From Camelus ferus (Eukaryota), in NCBI RefSeq assembly GCF_009834535.1, contig NC_045696.1:64730001-64794000 (forward strand): DNA of 64,000 nt, given 5' to 3'. Below, piece by piece: positions 26,042-38,899 of the stretch. Within the stretch, counting starts at the first letter, position 1. The number at the start of each line of letters is the position of its first letter. The notes beneath the pieces are model-generated. The model was not told where the DNA came from and did no database searches. It saw nothing but the letters and a program-made list of their open reading frames with translations. The position numbers were made by a program, and so were the translations under genes.

Positions 26042-26464
26042 TGTAGGGAGTTGAATGGCGCCCTCCCCACAAAGATGCCTACATGCCAACCCCTGGTACC
26101 TGAGAATGGGGCTTTATTTGCGGGGAAAATAAAGATCTTTGTAAATATAATTAAATTAAAGATCTCCAGATGAGATCAGCCTGGATTATCCAGATGAGTC
26201 CAAGTCCAAGTCCAATTACAAGTGTCCTTGTAGGAACACAGAGAGCAGGGCTCCTAGGGTGACGACCATGTAAAGGCGGAGGCAGAGACTGGAGGCCAGG
26301 AACCACCGGAAGCTGAAGAGACAAGAGAAGATTCTCCCCTGTGGCCCTTGCAGGGGGCGCAGCCCTGCAGGGAGCGCAGCCCTGCAGACGCTTTGATGTT
26401 GGGCTTGTTGTTGTACGCCCCCGAGTCTGTGGTGGTTTGTTACTGCAGCCCTAGGAAACTTACA
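26042..26464 (+). mobile_element. MaLR MLT1 solo LTR (MLT1C/D-like)
   Basis: TGTAGGGAGTTGAATGGCGCCC...GATCTCCAGATGAGATCAGCCTGGATTATCCAG...GTGGTGGTTTGTTACTGCAGCCCTAGGAAACTTACA; TG...CA ends. Confidence 0.85.
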
Positions 26465-27089
26465 TGACTCTCATTTGGAGGATAAATATGTTTTTCCTCT
26501 GGGCATATTTCTTTCCAATTTTGCCTTCTATAAGTGTCTTTGAGAAAATTTTTAGCATTGTTATAAAAATAATGAAAGCCCTTTTACTTTCCTTCTGTTT
26601 TTCCTTTTTCCCTCCAATTATGATGAGGAATTCCTTACAGACCTCAGTCCCTTAAAACAGTCTCAGTTCTATCAGAAAATCTTAGTTTTTGTTTCCCTCT
26701 CTGAAGTTGAGGCTACAGCATCCCCCTTTTCTGTTCTCTTTCCCCTGGAGCACATCTTACTAGAAACAATGAGAAAATGTTGGCTTTGCCTCACCTTCGA
26801 GCCTCTGACGTGCTTCTGGCATCTGGGGTAAAACTGCTCCTTATTCTCCATGAAAGTCATGCTCCTTGACCCGTGGACTTCACGGAGTGGCTGTGAGGAC
26901 CAGGTGAGAGACAGTGTTGGTGAGAGTTTTGTAAACTGTGAGGTGCCGTGTAGAAACAATGATTATATAGCTGTTATAGCTGTTGATTAATATATATGCA
27001 ACACATACATACGAAATGTATGATTTCTGAGTTTTTAATACCAAGCGCCCTCTAGGACACCTGCTCAGGCTGCTTTTATGCTATACTTT

Positions 27090-27106
27090 GCTGCCATCTT
27101 GTGGCC
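27090..27106 (-). promoter_or_regulatory. CTCF binding motif, with a partial second motif at 27045-27058
   Basis: Reverse complement GGCCACAAGATGGCAGC is close to consensus; nearby GCGCCCTCTAG matches the 3' part of the core in the same orientation. Confidence 0.7.
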
Positions 27107-27694
27107 TTTCTGGTAATTGTGTCATTGTTCTATAATAGTTTCAGTGATGTTTTTCTAATTATAAACTTTTCTGAGATTTTTGTTAAAAAAAAAAGGAAGA
27201 TGGAGAATACAGTTCTGAAATTGTCTAGTGACCTTCTGTGCTCTTATTTGACATCTATCTAGGAGAAGTAAGTTTGGAAATATCATTTGAAAAATTATGG
27301 CAGATAAATCTGGAGATTAAAAGACTCAGGCTGGTCAGAGAGATAATGGACAGCACTGGGGACTTTAGAGAGATGTAAGAACTGGTCTCACCTGAGAGCA
27401 TCCACCAGCTACTGTTGTTGGAGTTTCAACATGTAAGTGACTGTGGTAAGTCTTCCTGGGTTCCGCACAGGCAGGATTGGTGACAGAAGACAAGTCACCA
27501 AGTCTTGCTAGCTGCTTTTCTCCAGTATCTCGTTCCTGATTCCATAATCTCCAGCTTCATGACTACTGTGTACATCTGGTCCTATTACTTCTTGTCTGGA
27601 CTGTTTTGATACCTGGTCTCCCTATCTCCATAATCTCTTTTTCCCTTTCATCTTGCTCACGGTTCTAGATTACTTTTCATGAATCACAAGAGAA

Positions 27695-27940
27695 GCAGTG
27701 CAGAATAGTGATGAAGAGTAAGATTTGGAGCCAGACTGCCTGGGTCTGAATCCTGGCTCCATCACTTTGGCTCCAACGAGACATCTGGGGCAAGTTCCTT
27801 AAGCACTCCGTATTTCAGTTTCCTTACAGGTTTAGTGACAGTACTACTGGTACCTACTTCGTATATTTGTGATAAAGATTAAGTGATCTAATCCACATCA
27901 AAGTGCCTAGTATTTAGTGTTCAATTAATAATTGCTATTA
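27695..27940 (+). mobile_element. MIR SINE nested in an L2 fragment
   Basis: TTTGGAGCCAGACTGCCTGGGTCTGAATCCTGGCTCC...GGCAAGTTCCTTAA...GTACCTACTTC; L2-like flanks including CTAGAATGTGAGTTCCTT. Confidence 0.8.
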
Positions 27941-29479
27941 TTAGTCTTACCTACTAGAATGTGAGTTCCTTTGAACGCAAGATTGTCTTTCATTTGTCTT
28001 TGTCTTCAAATTCACGTATCATTTTACATTGTAGTCATTTGATAACATTTTTTCTTATGCAAGTAACGAAGCACTAAACATTTGATGGCACATTCAGGAC
28101 ACATCTTGGAACTCTCATTACATCGTGAAAACTTGCTTAAAGCTATACTGTGATTTTTTTGTTAAATATAAAATGTTTACAAAGTTTTTTAAACTTGCTA
28201 TATTTACAGTTAACAGTACCATTTATTGAGCTTTTCATATGTGATTAGCTCTGTTCAAAATGCTTTCTATGGAAAATCTTATTTAATACTCAAAACATTT
28301 TGAGATCGGTACTATGATCGGCATTCCCATTTTGTAAAGAAGGAACAAAGATTGGGGGAAGTCCCACAGCGGGTGAGAAAAGAAGACCAGTTTAGAATCA
28401 AGGCGGTGTGTTCCCATTCTTAAGTGACCTCTGTGCTATAAATACATTCTTCTTTAATGCCTGGGTTTCAATTCTGAGACACTGTTTCTGAACATCAAAA
28501 CACAGAAAATATTTTAAAACTTCCAAACCCAGTGGAATGCAGAGTGCCAAGCTCACAGCTGTACCTCTGTTGCATGAGACCTTGACTTGCTTTAGCCTCT
28601 TCGATGAACAGTGCTCTTTGTGACAATGAACTGTGATCACTGCTTTCAGCTGCGCTTAGGTTGTCCTAAGTGTGCAGGTGGTCTGGAGGCACAAGGGACC
28701 AAGTATTATTAAGTTTGTTGCAGTAGGTAAAACAGTGATTCCATTCCAGTAGCATATGGTCTGACATACCACAAACCACCTGCTGTTCCAAACACTGGCT
28801 TGGGGATGGAAAGTCTTCCTGAGAAGACTGGGACCCTCGAGTACAAAGTGGACCTGGAAACGCATTCCCTGAGGTAAGCAGAACAGCCAGAGCTTCTAGA
28901 TGTTCCAGGAAGACCATGCATGGTCCAGTTTTCAGACTCGATCCCAGGGTCCTGATTGTTTTATCCATCAGTACGTGTTTTTATGGTACACTTATTCCTC
29001 TACCCTATAAATAATTAAGAATCCTCTAAATTCAAGGAATGTTAAGGTGACAGAGATTGTGTCTTCTCCAAGCGTCCCCTCCGGGGAATCTCATCTACGT
29101 GATACACCTTACTGCACATAACAGTTCTCTCATGTATTCATTTATTCAGAGTTTATTCAAACCTACATGAGTTCACCTACTATACAGAAAATGATGCTGA
29201 GTGTCATCAGGGATACTAAGTCTGTGAAAGATATTTTAAAAGTAGATATAAATATAACCTAGGAGTCATTCTATCTTCTGAGATAAAATACAAGTGGAAT
29301 TTTTATCCCTCTTTCCTCATCTTTCTGGTGATTTTCTAGGGGAGCTCTGTTTCCCTAGACTCCTCAGACTCTTACGTCCCGGCTTCTACAGAACTAGTTC
29401 CATTTATGTGTTGTTCTTTTTCATCCACTGTTGCTAGTCATTGGTCACTACCTCATTCCTTCACTCCCCCCGCGTATCA

Positions 29480-29599
29480 CTGACCTGAGACTGATACGAT
29501 CTTGGACTTTCCAAGCCTCTGAAACTCTGAGAAATACATTCGTGTTTTTTTCCATAAGCTACTTAGTTTTGTCATAATAGTCCAGGCTGACTAAGACAG
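29480..29599 (+). mobile_element. MaLR LTR 3' fragment
   Basis: CTTGGACTTTCCAAGCCTCTGAAACTCTGAGAAATACATT...GACTAAGACA. Confidence 0.7.
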
Positions 29600-29751
29600 A
29601 CTCCATTCTTTTTTTTTTTCCCCCATGTCTCTCCTGTCCCTCAGGACCACATCATCAGTTGCCTTTGGAGATATGATCCTAATCCAAAAAGTTGTCGTCT
29701 TAAAAAAAAACTTCTCTTCCTATGAAACTAACTGATGTTTCTCTCTGCCAG

Positions 29752-29789
29752 ATACAGAAAATCTGGACTTTGAAAAAAAGTTCATCTTT
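29752..29789 (+). other. Candidate small exon (unverified, possibly 5' UTR)
   Basis: Branch-point CTAAC at 29728-29732, TGTTTCTCTCTGCCAG acceptor, donor GTAAGG at 29790 (alternative GTAGGT at 29814). Confidence 0.25.
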
Positions 29790-31254
29790 GTAAGGACAAC
29801 TTTGAAAGAAGACGTAGGTGCACTAAATGCTAATCACCCATTAATAACAATAACAAAAACGTATTTAGTTATACACTGTTCTGAAACTTGAGAGCAATTA
29901 ATTCTTTTAATCCTTGTAACAACTCGATAATGTAGGTGCTCTTCTGACCCCTATTGTCCCAGGTAAGAAAATCAGAGAATAGAGAGGTTAGGATTCCAAA
30001 CTAGGCAGGTCTGGATTCAAAGTATCTGCTTTAACTATTAAGATATACTTCCTATCACTATTCATCCATTGATAATAGCAGAGTTATATATTGAACAATT
30101 GTGTGTTTCTCTCTTTATTTCAAGACACTAATGATACATACTTATTAATAAAGCCCCACTCATGCCCTCTACTTGGATATAATTGTGTTCACGCATTGAA
30201 ACTTGCCAAGTCCTAATCAAGATACTATCCTCCAGCATTACCATTCTTCCTCTTTGGGTTTATCTTGATTTTTCCCTCTTTAAGAAGTAACAAAAATCGA
30301 AAAGTAAACGGGCTCTCCTCAGTCTCCAATACCAAACCTTTGGCAGCAGTTGGAAGCAAGCTCGGAGGAGATGGGATTGTGTATGCAAAGTCATAATTGT
30401 GTGGGCAACTGCCAGATGTGTGAGTTGTGAACTTGCGGGGAGGGAGAGCCCTTGAAACACCTAGTCCTGGCCAATCTCGAGATGGGAGGGGCCTTCACGT
30501 TTGGATTGTCTGACCACTCAGCAGATGCTTGAATTTTATCTCTTTGATAATTTTTAGTTTTTTACCACCTCTTGATATATTCCTTGGATTGACCTAACTC
30601 TGTTAGTGTGAACTGAAATCTCTTTACTTTTAACTTCAACCTCAGGTTTCAGTTCTTAATCTCCTGGGATCATATAAACAAATCCGGTCTTCTTTTACAT
30701 AGCATATAAATGCCACGTATATGTCCAGTGTGGGTCTTCAGTTCTCAAGCACCTTTGAGCGTTTCTAAGAAAGGACTTTGTGTGTCTTCATTACCCTGAT
30801 CGTGTAGTTTGAACTTCATCTTGGGGACAACACTGTGACTATGACTATGTCAGTCAGACAATGCTGGCTTCAGCGTGGGAGCTCTGTAATGTCTGATGGC
30901 GAGTCTTTAAAATGAGAACTGAATGAGACAGTTGTTTGCAGGAAAAGCTCAGTGGATAGAACATAGTAAGCCTCTTAGAGGTAGGACTGATATCACCCAA
31001 ATTTATCTTTTTTCCCCTAATTTTTATCCTAGTTGGCATAATGAATAATAAGTACACTTATTTTCTGATGACAAAATTTTTTATTAAAAATAATATACAA
31101 TCGTTTATCCCATGGTGACAAGGTGGCCTGGGTAAATTATGTTTGTTAATAAGAGCTACATCTGATATAATTCTAGTTCACTGTGAGTTTTTATTTTAGG
31201 TTGGTAGATTTTTATAAAGTAAAAATGCATGCATTCTTTGTGTTTATTATGGTT

Positions 31255-34185
31255 CAGTGAAGGTAAAATTTAAATTTAGTAAAATACAAACATCTTTAGT
31301 GCATAATTCATTGAGATTTGACAGTGTAACCTATGTAACCAACAAAACAATCAAGACATAGAGCATTTCCATCACTCCAGAAAATTTCCTCATGCCCACT
31401 TCCAGTCAGTTTCTGCCACCCCCCAATATACAACCAGTCTCCCAATTTTAATCATCATACGTTAGTTTGGCCTGATCTTGAATTTCATATAAATGGAATC
31501 TTACTATTTTGTGTATGACTTCCTTCACTCCACATAGTGTTTTTGAGATCCATTTACATTGTTGTGTGCTAGTGTTTTTACTTTTCTAATTGTTGAGTAC
31601 CGTTCTACTGTACACATATCCCACAATGTATCCATTTTTATTTTGTTAGACTTTGGATTATTTACAGTTTTTGATTAATTTGAATAAAGCTGATAGAAAC
31701 ACTCGTGTATAAGTGTTTTGTGCTATGTTTTCACATCTTTTGTATAAAAACCCAGGAGTGGAAGTGTCAGGACACAGTGTAAATGTATTTTTAACTTTAT
31801 AATGAACTGCCAATGCCTTTTCAAATGAACTAATGCTATTGTAAGTGATTTTTAGAATTGTTACTTTCCAATTGCTGGTAAAATAGTACACTCCCAAAAT
31901 ATGAGACTTCCAGTTGGCCCACCTCCTCACCAATTACAGTGTTTGCAGCCTTTTAAGAATGAAACAGTATGGCATCATTGTTTTAATTTCATGTCCCTGA
32001 TGACAAATGATGTTGCAAACCTTTCCATAGTGCTTGTTGGTCATTTGCGTGTCTTCTTTTTTGAAATGACTGTTCAACTGTTTTGCTTATTTTAAAATCT
32101 GTGTTGTTTGTCTTTCTGTTGTTGACTTATAGAACATGTATGTATTTGGGAAGAGTGAGAGAGGCAATTGGTTAGACAGAGTTGACGTCATCCAGAATTT
32201 CTCTTTCATCCCTAAATTTGTATACAGGCTCGTCCTTGTACACTAGGTCATCCCCATTCTCGCCTCTCCTCCATCCCTGGCAACCACTAATCTTTCTGTT
32301 TCTATGGATTCACGTACTAAGCATGTCATATCAATGGAATCATAGTATCTGACTTTTTTTAACTGGCTTCTTTCACTTGGCATAGCATTTTCAAGGTTTG
32401 CCTATGATGTAGCAGGAATCAATACGTCATTCCTTTTTGTGGCTGAATATTCCATTGGCTGGACATACTATATTTTGTTTATTCATTCATTTTTTAAATG
32501 TGTTTCTATGTTTTATTTGGTAGAATTTTGTTAATAATTAGTGTACCTATGTCCAAGAGGTTATTGATTTTGTATTTTCTTTTCATTAATACTTTTGTCA
32601 GTTTGGAGAGAAGTTTTCTTTCCTCCTTCAATTTATTAAAGAGTTTATTTCAGAGTAATAGACTTCCTTTTTTAATGTTTGATACAATTCAGCAGTGAAA
32701 CCAACTGGGTCTGTAGCTTTCCTCTGTAGGAAGAGTTTTATTTACAAATTAAAATTCCTTATCAGACAGAGTTGTACACATCTTCTTTTTCTGTCAGTTC
32801 TGAATTTATAATTTTCAAGAAATTCATGCTTTTACTTAACTTGAATGTACTGGCATGAGGATACCTGTAATATTCTCTTCTTACAATTGTTACAATCCTG
32901 TGGGATTTGTGGTAGTATACCATACTTTATTCCTAGTGTTAGTAATTAGTGTTTTATCTATTTTAGCTGTGGTAGGGTTTAACAATGTTATTCTTATCTA
33001 AACATCTGTTCTTTTTTTATTCTGCCTTCAAAATTGGTTAATTTCTATTCAGAGGTCTTCAAGTTTATTGACCCTTTTTTTTGCAGTGTCCAATCTCCTG
33101 TGCAGCCTCCCCAGTAAATTTATTCAGGTCTAGTATTTGTCAGTTCTAGAATTCCCATTTAGTTCTTTTTTATAGCTTTTATTTCTCTGCTGAGATTTCC
33201 CACCTCAGCATTGTGTGTACATTCTGTCTGTATTTTTCATTTAAATTCATGATCATAACATAATAGCTGTTTTAAAGTCCTTGTCTTCGGACGTTAACAC
33301 GTTTGTCATCTTGGGCTCTATTTAGATTGACTCCCTTTACTTTTGAGTGTGAGCTACATCTTCCCTGTTTCTTGAATGTCTAGAATATTTAACTGTATAT
33401 CAGATTATGATGATGGTATATTGCAGGGGACCTGTTGTTTTTCTCTGAAGAGTGTTTAGTTTTGTTCTGACAATCAGTGAAACTACTGGCCGTTTCCCTG
33501 GATTGTGTTAGAGTTGGCTTTGTGCCTTGTTTCCATTTGGTCCTCAGTCTGTGGCAGGACTCTTGCTGCAGGCGTGATCTTTACTCCTGGGTGTGATCTT
33601 TCTGGCATCTCAGTTTAATGTCTCAGTCGCTCAGCAAGGCTTTTCCACTCTGGATGGGTTAGAGTTCGACCGTCTCCGAGCATTGCTAAGTGTTTTGTAC
33701 CTCCATTTAGTCGGACACAGACTTAGCACTGTGGTGGTTGCTCTCTGAGGGCTCCACAGAGTCGTTACCTGCATAGGACTGGTCCATATTTTGACCGAGG
33801 ACCTCAGGGCAATCTCTATGAAGAGTTCTTGCCTTTCTTACTCCATGTAGTTACCTCTCTCCAATATTCTGTCCCACAAATTCCAGCCACTTCAGCAGCC
33901 CCAGACTCTGATGTATGCCTCTTAGCTCAGTGAAATTGACCTTCTCCGTTGGGGCTCTGGCTTCCAGGCTGCCTCTGGAAAATGGCCCCAGGTGAAAAGC
34001 TGGAATTAGTGTGGCGCTCACCTCCACCTCCTACTTTTCCTTTTCTCTCAGGGATCACAGTTCTGTCCTGTCTGTTACCCACCACCTCGAAATAGTTTCC
34101 CAATAGATTTTGTTCAGTTTTTCACTTGTCTGTGTCAGGAAAGTGGGTCTGATGCTAGTTACTTTGCATGGCTAGAAGCAGAAGT
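31255..34185 (-). mobile_element. Composite of old L1M fragments (3' UTR, ORF2 and 5' region pieces)
   Basis: Antisense L1 3' UTR motifs (AGCATTTCCATCACTCCAG, CATATAAATGGAATC, CCCTGGCAACCACTAATC), ORF2-like ORF 31658..31933(-), and L1 5'-like text towards 34180. Confidence 0.75.
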
Positions 34186-34605
34186 TCTGGAACATTATCC
34201 ATTATGTTTTTATTTAATATGACATACGCAATCCATTCTTGGTTGCTAGGGCTCCTGACCTAGGTGACTCTCTAAATCTCACAGCTGCATGTATTCCAGG
34301 GAGAGGAAGCTACACTCAAAGGAGCAGAAATTTGCTTCTTTTTAAAAAAAGGGGGAAAAAAAAGGTGTTTTTGTACTTCAAAATATTTGAAATATTTTAA
34401 TGTACATGTTCTTCTTTTCATTTTGTTAAATCAATTCACAAAACCTTCACTGACTCCTATTTTTTCTTGAATTAACTGAACTTTTTAGCTACGTATCAGA
34501 AATCCTCCTGTGGCTCCATCCTGCCTTTCTGCCCTTCCCTCCTACGCTGTCTGACCTGATGCTATAGTTGTGCTGGACTGTTTGTTCTTACAGAAACCCT
34601 GTCCC

Positions 34606-34817
34606 CAGATACACACTACCATATATAAAATAAAATAGATAAACAACAAAGACCTACTGTATAGCACCGAGAACTATATTCAATATCCAGTGTAATGGAA
34701 TAACCTATAATGGAAAAGAGTCTGAAAAGAATATATATATTATATATATATAATATATATCTGAATCACTTTGCTGTACACCTGAACCATTTTAAATCAA
34801 CTATAATTCAATCAAAA

Positions 34818-34874
<57 letters not shown>
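34606..34874 (+). mobile_element. L1 3'-end insertion (cetartiodactyl type) with (GAAA)n tail and 14-bp TSD
   Basis: CAGATACACACTACCATATATAAAATA...GACCTACTGTATAGCAC...CTGAATCACTTTGCTGTACACCTGAA; TSD AGAAACCCTGTCCC at 34592-34605 and 34875-34888. Confidence 0.92.
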
Positions 34875-34877
<3 letters not shown>

Positions 34878-34879
34878 AA
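34817..34879. repeat. (GAAA)n tetranucleotide microsatellite, about 15 units
   Basis: Pure run seen directly, derived from the L1 poly-A tail. Confidence 0.97.
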
Positions 34880-35439
34880 CCCTGTCCCTTAATTTATGGC
34901 CTAGCAAACATGACACACTACATTTCTTATGATTCATTACCTTATCTCTCTTTTCAAGTGTAAATTACCCTCCTTTTCATTTATCTCCCATATATGGTAC
35001 ATCACACCTTCTGCTGAGAATGATAGAATAAAATCATGAATGAAAAATGTCTACAGAAGTCTCCTTCTCAATTTTGAGCTCCTTTTCTACTTAGCATAAT
35101 GCCAGGAGCTTGCATATCATTGCTTCCTCCTCGCTTCCACTTCTCATGGACATTTAATTACCAGCTTCTGTCAATCACATGTCTTGAGCCTTCAAATCTG
35201 TTCTCATATCTTTATCGTCACTGCATTCGCTAGGTTAGGTCTGGCAGTTTCTTTCGGAACAGCTTGGTCCTCTTCATCTCCATGCAGGCACCAGAGTAAT
35301 CCTTTTGAAACACATATTTGATTGCAGCAAACTCTGAATTAAAATCTGTCAATGGTTTTGACATGATAAAAAAAGTCCAAGTTTCTCATCCTGGCCAACT
35401 AAGTAGCTGGCATGATATAATTTAAAGAAGTGTAACCTA

Positions 35440-35583
35440 GTGTAGCTCAAGTGGTGGAGCACATGCTTAGCATGCACGAGGTCCTGGGTTCAATCCCCAG
35501 TACCTCCTCTAAAAATAAATGAACCTGATTACCTTCCCCTAAATAAAATAATTAAATAATATAATAAATAAATAAAATATAAA
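35440..35583 (+). mobile_element. tRNA-Ala-derived SINE (Vic-1-like) with 16-bp TSD
   Basis: GTGTAGCTCAAGTGGTGGAGCACATGCTTAGCATGCACGAGGTCCTGGGTTCAATCCCCAGTACCTCC; TSD AAAGAAGT(G/A)TAACCTA at 35424-35439 and 35584-35599. Confidence 0.94.
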
Positions 35584-36008
35584 AAAGAAGTATAACCTAA
35601 AAGATCCATTCTAATGCCTATTGAGAAAAGCAGAAGTGGTTTGTAGTAGGAAAATAACATAAAGATTCAGGAATTAAAAGCTTCTTTCTTGAAAACAAAC
35701 CAACTGAACTTTTTTTTTTCAAAGTTTCAAGAAAGATAGCTATATTTTAATGAGTTAATGCCATAGGAACATATTGTAAATCAGTTATAGGAATTAGTGT
35801 TCCTTTCTGATTTTTAGGTTATTAGTGCCAGGTTTTTTTTTTTTTAAATACTGTTTTTTGTTATTGATGAGTAAAAATATCAGTACATGTGTTCGGAAGA
35901 ATGTAACACTACAGCCCAGTAAACTCATATCTGTCTTTCCATCTGTCTGTTTCTGGCACAGAATAGTGATGCTATTAAAGAATAGGACCATCAGAATTAG
36001 TAATAAGG

Positions 36009-36209
36009 GCGGGGGAGGGTATATCCCAGTGGTAGAGCACATGCTTAGCATGCACGAGGTCCTGGGTTCAATCTCCTGTACCTCTATTAAAATAAATTAA
36101 AAATAGATACATAAGTATATAAATAAATTAATGATTACCCCCTTCAAAAATAAAAAAAAATTTAAGAAATTTTTTTTTTAGGGAAAGATATAAGAAATTT
36201 TTTTTAAAA
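36009..36209 (+). mobile_element. tRNA-Ala-derived SINE (Vic-1-like) with 16-bp TSD
   Basis: GGGGGAGGGTATATCCCAGTGGTAGAGCACATGCTTAGCATGCACGAGGTCCTGGGTTCAATC; TSD AGAA(T/C)TAGTAATAAGG at 35993-36008 and 36210-36225. Confidence 0.94.
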
Positions 36210-37757
36210 AGAACTAGTAATAAGGATCAGAACCTGGCTAATGTATACTTGGAATTAGTTGACGCTTACCCTAAGTATGGGAGCTGAGTCATGGTACCAA
36301 GGAAAACACAGGCGCTAGCCACACAGCTGGTAAACAGGAGGGAATGAAGAAATATCGTTTGGAAATGGTTTTAGAAATGAAAGGCTTAGCGTCTGTTCAC
36401 GTTGGGTCACTGTGTTGCTAGTTGTTATCTTCAGTGATTCCTTTCCCTTCTCTGAGCCTCAGTCTTCTCCATTTACACAGCGAAGGCATTGGGTACGTAA
36501 CATCTGCAATCGCTAACGATTCTGATAGTCTCACTGGAATTTGAAATTTTGAAATATTTCCACTTCATGCTTTATGTTGTAAACACGTATCAATGTCTTG
36601 GGAATTAGGACCTTTAAATCGCTTCATGTTATCCATTGTCACCAAGCCAGCTGACGAGAGCCCTAAGACCTCTCTCTGTGCATTGAGACCAGCCTCCCCT
36701 TCCTCTCCCCGTCCCCCTCAGCACAGCCTAACACAAAACTGGAAATGTGTGTGCATTTGGATATCAGTCAAAATCACTCACTTAGAAGTATAGCTAAGGA
36801 AGTCATGATCAAATCCGATAATAATTTGGAAGTTTCTTATTTCAGTTTATTTTTTGACTTCACTTCTGGTTCTAGTCATCTAAATTCTGCAATGGCAAAG
36901 ACTTCGGGTAAGTTTTCTAGCTAATGCTTGGGAAATATTATCAAAGGAATACAGCATTATTTCCTGGCATTTCTGAAGAAAAAGCCGGTAGGGTCTATCG
37001 AGAAGAAAGTAATGATTGAAACTGCAGAGACCAAGAGATACCTCTGGCCAGTCCTATAGTCAGAATGCTGGTTCAGTGGGAAAGTGCTGGTCTTGTGAAC
37101 CTACATTAAATATCTGAAAGAACTGTAAGTTGGGGAATGTTTCCTATTGGTTTTGGATTCAGTAAGCTGAAGAGAATACATACCAAGGTCTGTTCAGCTA
37201 CAACATACCTTTGCAAATACTTTAGCTTATTGTGAAGTACCATCATGATTAATGAGACACAACTTTCCCCTGAATGAGCTGGCCCAGTTAAAATGATAGA
37301 AAAGAAAGAGGTTCGGGGGTTGGCTGGAGGGGCAGGGGTATTGTGAAGAAAATAGTGAACTTAGGTGAGCCGGGAACTCAGTTTAGCTTGATCAGGACTT
37401 TCTCTAGTGTGATCAGCCTTAGGAAGACTGACTCATGCTGACTAATGCACAAGAAATAACATTTAGTTAATAAATGAGATGTCGGTGGTTGCATTTGCAC
37501 TGGGAGACGGACCATTGCTCCACTGCCGTTGGCAGTGGCTAGTCTGTTTTCTACATAAGGTTCCATGTATAGTTCATGGAAAACTAAAACTGTAATCACA
37601 TGTTTTCTTGGAATATGTATAATTATTCTAGAGAGAGGTGAGTGTTTCTAAGGACTGTTTGCTGAGGCTGAGCTAGAATCTGGGTGGTTGCCCTTAGCGT
37701 GCTCCAGTGTCTGAAAGTCCTCATGGCTCTCAGGTAGGGAGTGGACAGCACCACTTA

Positions 37758-37900
37758 CTTATTCATTTATTTATGAACAGATATTTACTGAGTATAGACT
37801 ATGTGATGGATAGGGTTCTGGTCTCTGGAAATATATTGATGAATAAGATAAACAAAGTTCCTGCCCTTGTAAAGCTTGTATTCTAGGTGGAAGAAGATAA
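37758..37900 (-). mobile_element. L2 3' end
   Basis: TTCATTTATTTATGAACAGATATTTACTGAG...TGAATAAGATAAAC...CCTGCCCTTGTAAAGCTTGTATTCTAG. Confidence 0.75.
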
Positions 37901-38265
37901 GACAGATAAGAATTGAACCAGATAACTACTATCAGAGCCTTACTCTCCAATTGTGGTTTTGGTATATTCTTTATCTGTCACAGTAGCCTTTTTTGTTGTT
38001 GTTGTTTAAGGTAGCAGTTTCCCATGACAATCGTGTAACAAATTCTAAAATGACAACCCACCTTAAATTTCTCCTTTATTTGTGAATGCATCTGAAACTG
38101 GTCTCTCTATAGATGATCTTAAATGGCTGAAATTGCTGTGGTATGCACTGACGATATTAACGACCGTAACTTCAATCTGTTTAGTTCCTATTCTAAGCCT
38201 AGCGTTGTGCTAGGAACTTTATGCCTAACATCTCACAGGCTCCTTACAATACTGTGTAATCGAGC

Positions 38266-38800
38266 ATTTTTTTTAATAGGCTTTATTTTTTAGAGCAGTT
38301 TCAGGTCTACAGAAGAATTGAGCAGAAAATACAGAGTTTGCACATAGCCCTCCCCACCCACACATATATACTCCTCTACCCTCGACATCCCTCATCAGTG
38401 CAGCATATTTGGTACAATCGATGAACCAACATGGGCACATTATCATCAACCAAAGTCCGTAGTTTACATTAGGGTTCACTCTTGATGTTGAACATTCTAT
38501 GGGCTTTGAGAACTGCATAATGACATGTAGCCACCACTATAGTGTCGTACAGAATAATTTCATCACCCTAAAAATCCCTTGTGCTCCATCTTTTCTTCCC
38601 TCCCTCCCTCCCTCTCCCCAAACCCCTGGAAACTACAGTCTTTTTATCGTCTCTGTAGCTGTGCCTTTTCCAGAATGTCATTTGGTTGGAATCATACAGT
38701 TTGTAGCCTTTTCAGACTGGCTTCTTTCATTTAGTAATATGTCTTTTAAGTTTCTTCCATGTCTTTTATGGCTTGATAGCTCATTTTTTTTTCACTGCAC
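38266..38800 (-). mobile_element. L1MC/MD-type 3' UTR
   Basis: TTTTAGAGCAGTTTCAGGTCTACAGAAGAATTGAGCAGAAAATACAGAG...GTAGTTTACATTAGGGTTCACTCTTG...CCTTTTCCAGAATGTCAT. Confidence 0.88.
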
Positions 38801-38899
38801 ACATATTTTTTAATTTACATAAATTTACTGTTCATTGTTTCTAAGAATGTTTAGAGCTTTAGCTTTTTAAACTTTCATAGTTATCGAAAGAATAAAGCC

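Noticed and set aside
26345..26390. 17-bp tandem duplication GCAGGG(G/A)GCGCAGCCCT; similar short duplications near 7223-7268, 13825-13850 and 41870-41920
   Set aside because: Ordinary slippage duplications with no sign of function.
34710..34892. ORF with KKERKKER repeats
   Set aside because: Translation of the (GAAA)n microsatellite in an L1 tail.
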